NCBI GenBank assembly: GCA_951406725.2
Contig: OX597814.1
Location: 169,508,001-169,572,000 of the forward strand
Reading direction: 5' to 3'
Length of the DNA: 64,000 nt
DNA from: Octopus vulgaris
Lineage: Eukaryota
Shown piece after piece: positions 51,821-64,000 of this stretch. Each line of letters starts with the position of its first letter. Position 1 is the first letter of the stretch. A program made the translations under genes and the position numbers. The notes below the pieces were generated by a model. The model ran no database searches and was not told where the DNA came from. It saw only the letters and a program-made list of their open reading frames with translations.

Positions 51821-52074
51821 TATCTATCAGTCTGTCTATTTATCTATTTATCAATCTATCTGTCTGTCTATATGTATGTATACATTTTTCATTTTTTTAT
51901 CTTTTACTTGTTTCATTCATTAGACTGTGGCACCACCTTGAAGAATTTTAGTTGCATGAATTGATCCTAAAACTTTTTTTTTAACTTGGTACTTGATTTA
52001 TTGGTCTCTTTTGCTGAACTGCTAAGTTATTGGGATGTAAACAAAACAAAACAAATACATCTCTCTATCTATCT

Positions 52075-52282
52075 GTGACCGTGTGTGTACCGTTGGCAAT
52101 TTTTTTCCACCGTCTTCCCTTCTTTGGATCTTTCTTTTTCCTATGTTTCTGACGAAGAGCTCCACTGGAAACGTTAAACCCTCCTTCTTTCCTTCTTTTC
52201 TGAGCATTCAATAACACTATACTTGTTCCACATCCTCACGTTGTTGTGTTTTCTCTTTGTGTTTTCATGTTTGGATTAACTA
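52075..52282 (+). mobile_element. Hammerhead-bearing repeat (family H8) inside a SINE A microsatellite
   Basis: GUUU CUGACGA AGAG CUCCA CUG GAAA CGU U AAAC at 52145-52179; bounded by TATC/TA repeats. Confidence 0.6.
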
Positions 52283-52298
52283 TCTATCTATCTATCTA

Positions 52299-52334
<36 letters not shown>

Positions 52335-52338
<4 letters not shown>

Positions 52339-53615
52339 GTCATCCAGTAAATAATGTGGTTCTTTTATACTTCTTTTATTTTTAAAAATTAAGATAAACA
52401 AAGTTCTTTTTTTAATCTAAAATATACCTTCCTTCATCTTCTACCATGCTCTTCCATTTGTCTAAGGCCCATCTTCCAAAATTCACTTGTCCCTGATGGA
52501 AAATACTCCTCCAGTACTATTCTGACATTGTTTACAGAATTCATATTTTTTCCATCCAAATGATTTTGAAGACTGTGGAATAAATGATAATCAAATGGAG
52601 CAATGTCTGGCGAATATGGTGGGTGAAGCATTGCTTCCCATTCAAACTGCTCCAGCCTTTCGAATGTCATCCTCATTGTATGTAGCTGAGCATTATCCTG
52701 ATGGAAGAATACCTTTTGTCTTCAAACCAAAGATAGTCGTTTTTCTTCTAGTGCTGACTTAAGCCACTCAAGCTGTTCACAGTAGATCTCCTTTGTTATC
52801 ATTGGTTTGGGTTTAAAAGTTCAAAGTGGACTAAACCATTCATATCCCACCAAACAGATAACAACCCCTTATGTGGGTGAAGACCTTTAACCTGGGTGCT
52901 AGTGTTTCTCTTTTCCCTATCCACTGCCTTTGCTCCTTGATATTTTTATAGTGAACCCATTTCTCATCACCAGTTACTATTTGGTCCAAAACCATTTCGT
53001 TCATGAGACATGACAGCAAAGAAGAGCATACATTCACTCTCTGCATGCAATTAGACTCAGAAAATTTGTGAGGAACCCATAGACCCAATTTGCTTACTCT
53101 CCCGATGGCACACAGATGTTGATGAATGGTTGAATGATCAAATTCGAGCTTCTCTGCTAGTTGCGCAACAGTTACAATGGGATTTTGTTCCACCAGGGTT
53201 TGCAGGACATCCTCATCAAGCTCTACAGATCTTCCAGGACAAAGCTTGTCTTCTAGGCTATAGTTTCCGGCTCAGAATTTCTGGAACCACTGTTGACACT
53301 GGCTTACACTTATTGTCCAATCCCCATATACTACATTAATATTCCATATTCGTACTTTCCATTGCATTATTGCCTCTATTGACCCCATAAAGCAAAATAT
53401 GCTGAATATGCTCCTTTGTCACTTACATTATAGCTTTGAAAAAATAACTGCTCAAAATCAAGCTACACTCTTCAAAACTTGCACTAAGTATAAAGACACG
53501 GTAGAAATATTACCTAATTTTAGAGCAAGTTGATGCAGCTAGTTTGTCCTGCCCCACTCTAATTTTTAGTTCATGCAATTGAAAAAAAAACCATGTTATT
53601 CATGGGACGACCCAA
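52335..53615 (-). mobile_element. Full-length degenerate mariner (D,D34D), ~1.28 kb
   Basis: TIRs TTGGGTCATCC.. / ..GGACGACCCAA in TA context; WVPHK, IVTGDEKWVHY, HPPYSPDIAPFDYHLFHSL; frameshifted. Confidence 0.9.
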
Positions 53616-53741
53616 TGTATATATGTGTGTGCATGTGTCTGTATATATATGATTTGATGTGATTTGATCTAGTTTCAGCTCATAAGCTGTGGCCATGCTT
53701 GGGCTCTGCCATTTTGGTGGAGATGTATATATATATATATA

Positions 53742-55295
53742 TCATCATCATCATCATCATCATTTAGCGTCCGTTTTCCATGGTAGCATGGGTTGGACGG
53801 TTCTGCTGGGGTCTGTGAAGCCTGAAGGCTTCATCAGGCCCAGTCAATCTGGCAGTGTTTCTACGGCTGGATGCCCTTCCTAACGCCAACCACTCCGTGA
53901 GTGTAGTGGGTGCTTTTTACGTGCCACCCGCACTGGTGCCAGCCAGAGCTGGCAAACGGCCACGAACGGATGGTGTTTTTTTATGTGCCACCGGCACGAG
54001 GGCCAGGCGAGGCTGGCAACGAACACGAAATGGGGCGGTGCTGGCAACGGTCGCGAAACGGAAGGTTCTCTTACATGCCACCGGCACTGGTAACACATCT
54101 GCAATTTCCATTGATCGATTTCCATTGATCGATTTCGATTCTGATCCTCACTTGCCTCAATGGGTCTTCACAAGCAGAGTTTCGACATGCCACCGGCACT
54201 GGTAGCACATCCGCAATTTCCATTGATCGATTTCGATTCTGATCCTCACTTGCCTCAACACGTCTTCACAAGTAGAGTTTTGTGTCCCAAGAAGGGAAGG
54301 TATGCATACGTAGGCTGGCTCCATCCCATGTAGAAGGCCACGGGTTGTGGACTCACTTGTCCTGCCGGGTCTTCTCGCGCACAGCACACTTCCAGAGGTC
54401 TCGGTCTCTAGTCATTTCCTCGGTGAGACCTAAAGTTCGAAGGTCGTGCTTCACCACCTCGTCCCAGGTTTTCCTGGGTCTGCCTCTTCCACAGGTTCCC
54501 TCAACCGCTAGGGTGTGGCACTTTTTCACACAACTATCTTCATCCATTCTCGCCACATGACCATACCAGCGCAAACGTCTCTCTTGCACACCACAACTGA
54601 TGCTTCTTAGGTCCAGCTTTTCTCTCAAGGTACTTACACTCTGCCGAGTGTGAGTACTGGCATTACACATCCATCGGAGCATACTGGCTTCATTTCTAGC
54701 GAGCTTACGCATATCCTCAGCAGTCACGGCCCATGTTTCACTGCCATGTAGCATGGCTGTTCGTACACACGCATCATACAGTCTGCCTTTCACTCTGTGC
54801 GAGAGGCCTTTTGTCACCAGCAGAGGTAAGAGCTCTCTGAACTTTGCCCAAGCTATTCTTACTCTAGCAGTTACACTTTCAGCACACCCGCCCCCGCTGC
54901 TGACTTGGTCACCTAGGTAACGGAAACTATCAACTATTTCTAGTTTTTCTCCCTGGAAAGTGACAGAAGTTGGTCTCAGAGCATTTTCAGTGTTTATTGT
55001 TCCTGAGCATCTGCCACATACAAAAACCATCTTCCTAGTTAGCCTTCCTTTGACATTGCTGCATCTCTTATGTGTCCATAGCTTACACTTGGTGCATCTT
55101 ATAGAGTTTCTACCTACACCTTTTCTACAGATCGAGCAGGGCCATCTACCTGAAGGTGTTTGTGATTTGTCTACCTTCCTACTGATTACGACTTTGGTTT
55201 TAGCTAGATTGACTCTGAGGCCCTTCGATTCTAATCCTTGTTTCCACACCTGAAACTTCTCCTCCAGTTCTGATAGCGACTCAGCAATTAGAGCA
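53742..55295 (-). mobile_element. Young 5'-truncated RTE-clade LINE with modular 3' UTR and (GAT)n tail, in (TA)n
   Basis: Uninterrupted ORF 54353-55295, CpG retained, five to six UTR modules. Confidence 0.92.
54353..55295 (-). CDS. RTE ORF C-terminal part (RT motifs after YADD, PHD-like C4HC3 finger, thumb); no native start
   Basis: GLRVNLAKTKV, CSIC..CTKC..H..C..CGRC, FRYLG, LHGSETW, RLRWYGHVARM, RGRPRKTW. The ORF-track start lies in (TA)n and is spurious. Confidence 0.8.
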
Positions 55296-56383
55296 ATATA
55301 TATATATATATGCATATATGGGTACAGGACGTTACCAACTGTGTAGACAACATGAAATATGGAAACAAACGAGTTAAATATGCAAACGAGAGAAAAAATG
55401 GAAAACAGGACAATTAAACACAGAGAAACAACCCTTCATCAGTTGTTGGCTGTCTATCTACTTCCCATTTTGAGCAATCAACAACAATATGAGTCTTCAA
55501 AGACAGCTGCTCCCATAAATATAATACAATGCACATAAATACAAACAAGTACACCTACCACAGGAACACAGCACAAATACGCTAAACAATGATGATGCAT
55601 ATAGGAATGAGATGATTGGGCATAGCCATTTAGATGTTGATGATTTGGTATAGCTGACTGGAAATAGAAGTTGTTTTAGTGACAGCATGTTTTGGTACTG
55701 GAGGCAAATACACAGATGCACACAGAAATACACACATACAGAGAGAGAGAGAGAGAGACCAAATAGGCAGCACCAAAACAGCAGAGCCAAAACATTTCAT
55801 ACCTCATATATACTTTCCCCCTAGATGGTAAGAACATTTCAGGATATACAGGGAATATAAATTACATAGCAACAAAACAGGAGTTCAAATCTCAGCAGCT
55901 TCTTTCTTCCTTGTATACAGTTGTCTGACTGGGAAATCAGAGACATAAGTGTGACTATATACATTGTTCTTAAAGAGGTACAAGTCATGTGCCCTGTTAA
56001 GCATTCTATTAATCATTTTGATGCCATATTTCTATTTGAAATACACTTCCTCTGTTTTAATTAATTTTGAAATTAGTGAAGAATTTAGTGAAATAATTGT
56101 CATTATTAAGCTGGTGTTTGGAACATGAATTAATATGGAATAATGATGGAAGGTTTTAATTCAGATCACTTTAAAACAGGAAGTTTGTATTATGGAACCA
56201 GTGATAGTCATGGGTGGGTTGGTATCAAAAGGTTTAATTAACAAATTTCAGTGTCACTTAGTGAAATTATCTCTTAAAATTATTGGAAATAATCAAATCT
56301 TAAATTCTATTATTTGTAATAATTTTTGTAATTTTTATTCTTTGAAGAGTTGATGTAGTTCTAATGAACAACTAATTGAATTT

Positions 56384-57097
56384 TAACTCTTTAGTATTTA
56401 AACCAACCATATCTTAGTCCAAATATTCTACATGTTTTCTCTTCAAAATAGTCAGATCTGGCCTCTCCCATGTACCCTACAATGTCATTCGTCATCATCA
56501 TCATCATCGTTTAATGTCCGCTTTCCATGCTAGCACGGGTTGGATGGTTCTACCGGGGTCTGGCAAGCCAGGAGGCTGCACCAGGCTCCAGTCTGATCTG
56601 GCAGTGTTTCTACTGCTGGATGCCCTTCCTAACGCCAACCACTCCGTGAGTGTAGTGGGTGCTTTTTATGTGCCACCGACACGGGTGCCAGGGGAGGTTT
56701 GGCAGTGGCCACGATCAGCTGGTGCTTTTTACGTGCCACCGGCATGGAAGCCAGTCAAGGCGGCACTGGCATCGGCCACTTTTGAATGGTACGTTTTACA
56801 TGCTACCGGCACAGGTATCACAACTACAATTTTCATTTGATATTTATTTTGATGTTGATGTACTTGACTCAGTAGGTCTCCTCAAGCACAGCAGGTCACT
56901 CTACGATCCAAGGTAAGCACAGCAGGTCGTTCTGCAATTCAGGGTACTTTGGATGGGCTGGGGCTGCTATGCGAAACTGGTGCAAAAAAACGATCACATC
57001 GTTGAATTCTTGTCACTATGAGATAATGTATAATTAATTCAAAACAATATGAATAAATTAGCATTACAATTGACAGAATAATCTGAATGCTAAAGAG
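56384..57097. mobile_element. piggyBac-like MITE family 1 with nested RTE 3' UTR (~56490-56985, -)
   Basis: TTAA-CTCTTTAGTATT ... AATGCTAAAGAG ends; RTE modules inside. Confidence 0.65.
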
Positions 57098-57497
57098 ACA
57101 AACTAATTTTAAATGATAATTTCATGATATGACATTATAAATGTTTACTTCACAGAATACTTAAAACTACGCAAGATCTGTATTTTCCTCTGCACTTCAT
57201 AATCCCACTGATATTTCTCTTTAATATTGAATTTTTGGAATTTTTATCTTTCCAAGAGTGAGTGTAGATTCAATCTACCGATAATCAAATTTTAAACTGA
57301 CTTTAAACAATAACTTCACTAAATGACACCGTAATCTTTTAGTTTAAAGAATCCTTAAAAAAAACACACGATATTTTTCTGAAAACGATATAATATTCAC
57401 ACTTGCTTGTCAGATTTTTGCAGATAGTCTTTTGAATACAAGCAAGAGACAAACAGTTTAAGTCTGAACTCTTATTTTGTTAATGTGCAATGTAAAG

Positions 57498-57669
57498 ACT
57501 ATTGAAAAGGTTGCCAGATGCAAGGAAAATTTTAGGAAAATAAAAATAATAAATAAGTGGATTACATTATAAGGCACAAAAAGAAAATTACTCTCCCCAG
57601 ACACAACAGAATATGCTTCAGCACACGAACTCAAATAAAGAATCTTGCAAACCAAATCCCAAAATGAAA
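57498..57669 (+). mobile_element. Family H2 copy
   Basis: ACTATTGAAAAGGTTGC... to ...CAAAATGAAA, with a small internal deletion. Confidence 0.75.
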
Positions 57670-57794
57670 TATCCTCCAACAGTTTTACATACCATTCCAT
57701 GCCATCCTTTTCCATTTAGGATTATCAGATTTATCAAAACTGATCAGAATATTTGTAATTCTGCTTATATATCCCTTTAATCTTTTGTCTTTCA

Positions 57795-58605
57795 TCTTTT
57801 ACTTGTTTCAGTCATTGGACTCTGGCCATGCTGGAACACTGTCTTGAGAGGTTTAGCCAAAGAAATCAACCCTGGTAATTATTTTTTAAGTCTGTTACTT
57901 ATTCTATGAGGCTCTTTTGCCAAACCACTAAGTCATAGGTATGTAAACAGACCAACACCAGTTGTCAAGCAGTGTGGTGGTGGTGGTGGTGGTGGTGGTG
58001 ACGGTGGGGGGATCCACATATATTCTTTACTCTTTTACTCTTTTACTTGTTTCAGTCATTTGACTGCAGCCATACTGGAGCACCGCCTTTTAGTTGAGCA
58101 AATCGACCCCAGGACTTATTCTTTGTAAGCCTAGTACTTATTCTATTGGTCTTTTTTGCCGAACCACTAAGTTATGGGGACGTAAACACACCAGCATCGG
58201 TTGTCAAGCGATGTTGGGAGGACAAACACAGACACACAAACATACACACACATACATATATATATATACATATATACGATAGGCTTCTTTCAGTTTCCGT
58301 CTACCAAATCCACTCACAAGGCTTTGGTCGACCCGGGGCTATAGTGGAAGACACTTGCCCAAGGTTCCATGCAGTGGGGACTGAACCTGGAACCATGTGG
58401 TTTGTAAGTAAGCTACTTACCACACAGCCACCCCTATATGTGTATAATGAAGTTTCCATACAGTTTCTATCTACCAAATTCACCTATAAGGTATTTGTCG
58501 ATCCAGCGGCTACAGTAAAAGACTCTTGCACATTGTGGTGCCATGTAGTGGGACTGAACCTGAAGTCACATGCTTACAAAGCAAACTTCTTAACTATATT
58601 GCCAG
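57795..58605 (-). mobile_element. Cluster of SINE family A copies (full copy 58025-58435)
   Basis: Reverse complements of SINE A parts. Confidence 0.8.
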
Positions 58606-58796
58606 GACATTATTTCTTGAAAATCTATTTTCTGAATAATCAGTTTTTGTTTTAATATGCAAATAATCAAACTAAATTTAACCAAGAATTTTATGAAGTC
58701 ATACTACAAGTCTTAGTAGGATACTCAAAATGACATGTGACTTGAAACGTTCTACCCTCTTCCTCCCTCCCACCTGTGAAGTTTCATATAATGATG

Positions 58797-58854
<58 letters not shown>

Positions 58855-58883
58855 TAACAATAATAATAATGATAATAATAAAT

Positions 58884-58916
<33 letters not shown>

Positions 58917-58920
58917 TGTT

Positions 58921-59325
58921 GTTGATTGAAACTGAAAAGATATGGCATCTCAAGATGGATACAATACCTGTGATTGTAGGAGCACTAGGAATGATCAAAG
59001 AAGGAACTGAAAATTCTTTGAGAATAATCCTTGGCTTACCATCCATGCAGGAAGTGCAAAAGATTGACCTAACTGGTATGTCACACATTGTCACTGAATT
59101 TTCTTTGTTTTCCCTTTAATTTTGTTTTCTTTTTTCAGTTTTTCTTTTTACTTCTTTCTTTTTTCTCTCTGTCTTTTCTCTTTTTTTTCTATCACATGAC
59201 TTCGTTAAAGAACAATCTAGAGTGTTTATTTTAATGACCTGCTAATGTATACAGTGAGTTTCTTTGCTCTAGGTGTTGGGAAGACACTCGGCAAGAAATG
59301 GAAACAAAACTCAAAGAAGAGTATA
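58921..59325 (+). mobile_element. R4/Dong-like LINE 3' end in (TAA)n
   Basis: EKIWHLKMDTIPVIVGALGMIK..LPSMQEVQKIDLTGMSHI; (TAA)n upstream and trinucleotide runs downstream. Confidence 0.7.
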
Positions 59326-59342
59326 ATGACGACGACGACGAC

Positions 59343-59384
<42 letters not shown>

Positions 59385-59764
59385 AACAACAACAACAACA
59401 ACAACAATAATAACAATAATAATAATAATGATAATAATAATGGTTTTTGTATGTATATATGTATATACATGTATAGGCATAAATATATACAGTCCTCGAT
59501 CAATTATCGAATAAGCTTGGGACCAGATGTGTTCTGAATTTCTAAATTTTCTGGAGACAATCTAAATATACACTTGAAATATAAAATAAACTATTAAAAG
59601 TAATGAATTTAATTGTATTTTACAGATTCAAATTAATACACTTCTAAAGCAGAGTCTGTTTAATCTTTATGAATCCATTTAAGGTTCTTAAAATATATCA
59701 TACTGCACTATGTATACAGTATAATGTTTATAAGATGAAAATTGAAAGAAGATAAGTAAAGAAT

Positions 59765-60115
59765 ATCATCATCATCATCATCATCATTATCATCGTTTAA
59801 TGTCCACTTTCAATGCTGGCATGGGTTGGACGGTTTGACTGAGGACTGGCGAGCCAGATGGCTGCACCAGGTTCCAATCTGATCTGGTAGAGTTTCTACA
59901 GCTGGATGCCCTTCCTAACAACAACCACTCCAAGTGTGTAGTGGGTGCTTTTAAGTGCCACTGGCATGAAAGCCAGTCAGGCAGTACTGGCGACAGCCAT
60001 GCTCAAATGGTGTGTTTTATGTGCCACCTGCACAGGATCCAGTCCAGCGGCACTGGCAACAATCACGCTTGGATGGTACTTTTAACATTCCACTGGCATG
60101 TTTGCTAGTCAGGCA
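59765..60115 (-). mobile_element. RTE 3' UTR fragment
   Basis: (CAT)n plus reverse-complement modules. Confidence 0.8.
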
Positions 60116-60376
60116 GTGATTTTATATAAAAGATACAAGTATAAATTTAAACCCTTTTAAAGCAGAGTATGTTTAATCTGTATCATTCCACTATAAAAAG
60201 TAAAGAACAAATGACCACAGCTTTAAAGCTGAAACAATTTAAAGAATTAAAGAATACTGCATGCAAATTTATCAGCTTCAAAAACTGTCTTTTTACTCAA
60301 TATATTGCATGGTATTGCACATTATTTCCAAGTATCTGAACATTTTAAATTTCTGGTATCTGGATAAGAGGCCTAG

Positions 60377-60446
<70 letters not shown>

Positions 60447-60719
60447 ATGCAATCATTTTGCTAACTTTCTTTTATATTGATTACTGTGTTTCATCTCTCT
60501 TTTACCTCAATTGAAGTCTGTTATTGCCAAGCTGGACCACTGTTGCTAGGCCTTGATGTTTTTGTGACTGAAAGTGATAGTAATTTATTAAACGATAATA
60601 TTTGAATATTTGGACACATACAGACGTCCACTTCCTGCAGGCAATCGTTTGTACAAACCTTTTCAAGGTGCTGAAAGTAGTACCGCAGCTATTTCCTTAT
60701 TTTTCTGTCTGAAGTCCAC

Positions 60720-61450
60720 AGCTGTATTGTGGCTACAATCAGTGTAGTAAGCACAATGGAAGGTAGGTTCTGTGAGATTGTAGAAATGCTAGAGCAGTGG
60801 CACGTAGATATGTGTTGTGTGCAAGAGGTAAGATGGAATGAAGCTTCTATCAGATTGCTCATAGACAAAGAACAAAGGTATAAGTTTTTCTGGACAAGCA
60901 CTTGTGATGGTATAGAGTGAGAAGGCATATTATTAGCAAAGAGATGGGTAGATAAAGTAATTAAGGCAGCCAGTGAGTATTATAGAATAACTGAGCTTAG
61001 ACTAGTTTTGGTTAATGCAGAGGTAACATTCATCTTTGCATACACTCCATAACTTGAAATGGCTGATGTACAAATGGAGTAATTATTTGAGCCCCCCCCC
61101 CCCATCACCACCACCACACACTCACACAAGTACAAATGACAATGATTCTATCATCTCGGCTGGTGATTCATTTGACATTTTTAAAAACACTCTGATAGAT
61201 GCTATGGGGTAGAGGTAACAGACAGGTTTTGGCTTTGGTTCAAGAAATGAGGAAAAAACAAAGTTATTGGAGTTTTGCAATACTAATTACTTCATAATCA
61301 GCAACATTAAATTCAGGAAACCAGTCAACCATCTGATCGCCTATCAATCTGGTGAACAGATAAGCCAGATAGACATATATTCTTTCCAGGAAATGAGATA
61401 GACAGTGGCTTGTAAATGCTAAGTCTTTCCATGAAGAAGAGTTAATGACT
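60720..61450 (+). pseudogene. RTE apurinic-like endonuclease domain relic
   Basis: TMEGRFCEIVEMLE..VDMCCVQEVRW..RYKFFW; later NIKFRKPVNHLIAYQSG..QIDI. Confidence 0.8.
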
Positions 61451-61784
61451 TTAAACTTAGAACAAGATGGACTCAGAGACAAAGGTCAGTTATGAAAAGA
61501 AAGAAAAGGAAGCTAAGATTCAACAGTCATGATTTCATCATCATCATCATCATCATCATCTAATGTCGGTTTTCCATGCTGGCATTGGTTGGATGATTTG
61601 ACAGGAGCTAGCCAGCTGGAAAGATTTCCAGGTTCCAATTGTCTCTTTTGGCATGGTTTCTTTGGCTGGATGCCGACCACAATACAGAGTGTAATGGGTG
61701 CGTTTACCTGGAACCAACGAGGGTGCTTTTCACATGGTATGAGCACAGGTACAACCTCTTTTTCAAATTCATCATCATCATGAT

Positions 61785-62960
61785 CATTATCCTTTAGCGT
61801 CCATTTTCAATGCTGGTATGAGTTGGATGGTTTGATTTGAGCTGGCGAGCAGGAGATCTGCACCAGGCTTTTGTCTGATTTGGCTTGGTTTCAATGACTG
61901 GATGTCCTTCCTAATGCCAACCACTTTGCAGAATGCACTGGGTGTTTTTAACATAGCACAGGGCTCTTGCAGGCAAAAGCAAGTGTAGCAGAATTAACAC
62001 TCTTGCTGTGGAGAAAGGTTCTTCTTGAGTACAGCAAGGTACCAGATATCTTGGTCCTTTGTCATCTCTGAAAGGTTCAGTATCCTGAGATTGTCCTTCA
62101 GTATTTCATCCCATGTCTTCTTGGGCCTCTCTCTTCTATGATTTCCATCCGTTTTGAGTGATCAGCAATTTTTTTATGGAGCTGTCTACACCCATCCACA
62201 TTCTATGAGCAAACTAGCACAGTCTTCTCTCTCTTGCACACTGCATCTAATTCCTCTTCTATAAAAGTTTTCTCTCAATACATTACCATTCTGTTCAGCT
62301 AAATACTTCTCAAGTAGTGTGCCTGCTTATGAAAATAGCATCAGTGGTGCTTCTCCCTGGGGCAAAGCTAAACTGCATTTTATCTAGCCTAATTCTGTTC
62401 CTAATTAATTGGGCTATAACGTTTCCCATAATTCCTATCACCTGATCAGTAATTTGATGTCTCTATAATTGCTTCTATATAAGGCATCTCCTTTACCCTT
62501 GTAGCAGTTAATTACGATGCTGCTACACCAGTCACTGGGGAATATGTGTTCCTGAATAATCTGATTAACTATGTAGGTTGATTAGCTCATATCCTACCTA
62601 CAGATATTTTGAACATCTCAGCAGTGACTCCTGATGGACGAGTTGCTTTCTCTATTTTCATATCTTTAATTGCCTTATCTACCATACTGCTGTCCACTAG
62701 GATAGCTGGTCCCTCTGTTGGTTCCATCTGAGGGAGATTTCCTTTATCCCATTTGTTCCTCCTTCTCATCAAAGGCTTCATTAAGAACTTCTCTTATTCT
62801 ATGCCCATTTGAAGGCTCCTTGAGCTTCCACAACCTTCTTTTCCATATTGGCTTGTGTTTCTGAATCCTTCTGGCCATAAGCCTGAAATCATTAACCACT
62901 AACCTATGCTGAGTCATACATTCTTCACCTGGGAAAGATTTTGCATTTATGATCATACAC
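61785..62960 (-). mobile_element. Degenerate RTE with internal deletions
   Basis: NAKSFPGEECMTQHRLVV, KATRPSGVTAEM, IPSDWCSS..CYKGKGDAL..NYR; 3' UTR and (GAT)n at ~61790. Confidence 0.8.
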
Positions 62961-63870
62961 CAGATGTTTTGGGTCTTACAACATTGACCCTCATGCAGTT
63001 GACCTGATCTGACCTAGATTGATTCAACCTAGGTCTGTGTCAAAGCAGCAGTCTAAAGACACCACCAATCAACTCTTTTCAACTAGAAGTATCAAAATGA
63101 TTTTGTAGCAGCCTCTATGCTGTTCTTGATGGCTCTTCTTCTGCTCACTCCTGTAATATCCAGGATTCAATAAGCTTTACTCACAGAACGACCTGTGAAC
63201 TGCTGATTGCCTTCCTCCACATACAAACACATAGTTCTTCACACATTCCAGTAACAGTCTGCCACTAAATCCTGATAATATTTTACAAATGGAAAAACCT
63301 TATAAATAGGGTGACAATGGTTGTCACCTTTGACTCTCAGAGGAAATAAATATACCTTTTCATATAGTCTCTGCCACAACAAATGTTCAGAAGTGATATT
63401 TTATGGTTGCCATGAATTAAAATATTTGTTAAAATATCTTGAGTTACATGACAGCTGAAAACCAAACAGTTGAGTAACATATTTATCCATGTTCTGTAAA
63501 TATCAACATAATTCTTCAGATAATACCAGTTAAAATTTCCGACAAAAAGACAAGCAGGCAAATGACAGATAGCCTTATAAAATAACATTCTGTCTACATG
63601 AAATTGTTTTGTGAAGTTCATGTGTTTACTCAATGGAATTCGTAGTCTGTGTTATATCTAAAAACAGTTGTTTAACTTAGAAAAATGATTGCTTGAAAAT
63701 TCGTAAAACGTGAAATCAATTATTGGAGTTCATGTAATTTTAACCTGAAATAAAATGCACAGTTTACTCTACATCCATGTATTGAGTACTTAATAACTCT
63801 GAATTTCTAACAGATATATATCAGCTTCCTACATACATAGATGCATACCTATGTACATAATTACATTCAA

Positions 63871-63909
<39 letters not shown>

Positions 63910-63910
<1 letters not shown>

Positions 63911-64000
63911 AGGTTTATGGCCTAGTAGTTAGGCTGTTGCATTCATGATTGCTAAATTTCAGGTTTGATTCCCAGACTGGGTGGTGCATTGTGTTCTTGA
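63910..64000 (+). mobile_element. SINE family C head, cut by the window edge
   Basis: TGGCCTAGTAGTTAGG..GGTTTGATTCCC..TTGTGTTCTTGA. Confidence 0.65.

Noticed and set aside
59488-60381. Possible pogo/Tigger-like MITE ends
   Set aside because: The putative TIRs match too poorly to call.

Overview
AT-rich, microsatellite-saturated animal genomic DNA. The SINE/LINE repertoire resembles octopus/cephalopod repeats (inferred from memory, not searched). No host protein-coding gene can be supported; there is only one weak minus-strand exon candidate near 42.6-42.8 kb. The window is a nested mosaic of mobile elements: three tRNA-headed SINE families, RTE-clade LINEs (one young copy with an intact 3' ORF carrying a PHD-like finger), R4/Dong-like LINE fragments in (TAA)n, an L1/Tx1-like ORF1 relic, Tc1/mariner relics, hAT and piggyBac-like MITEs and two Helitron pieces. 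The main signal is a set of about eight unrelated short non-coding repeat families that each carry a type I hammerhead ribozyme (HHR) fold. They mostly sit in (TA)n and show tandem and/or inverted arrangements typical of Penelope-like element (PLE) pseudo-LTRs or retrozymes. Two families use a compensatory U3-A8 core (UUGAAAA). One PLE places a tRNA-like Pol III promoter between its GIY-YIG stop codon and its ribozyme. The RTE 3' UTR is also built of tandem modules that look like H-type pseudoknots. All structures were folded by eye, and element boundaries are approximate to a few bases.
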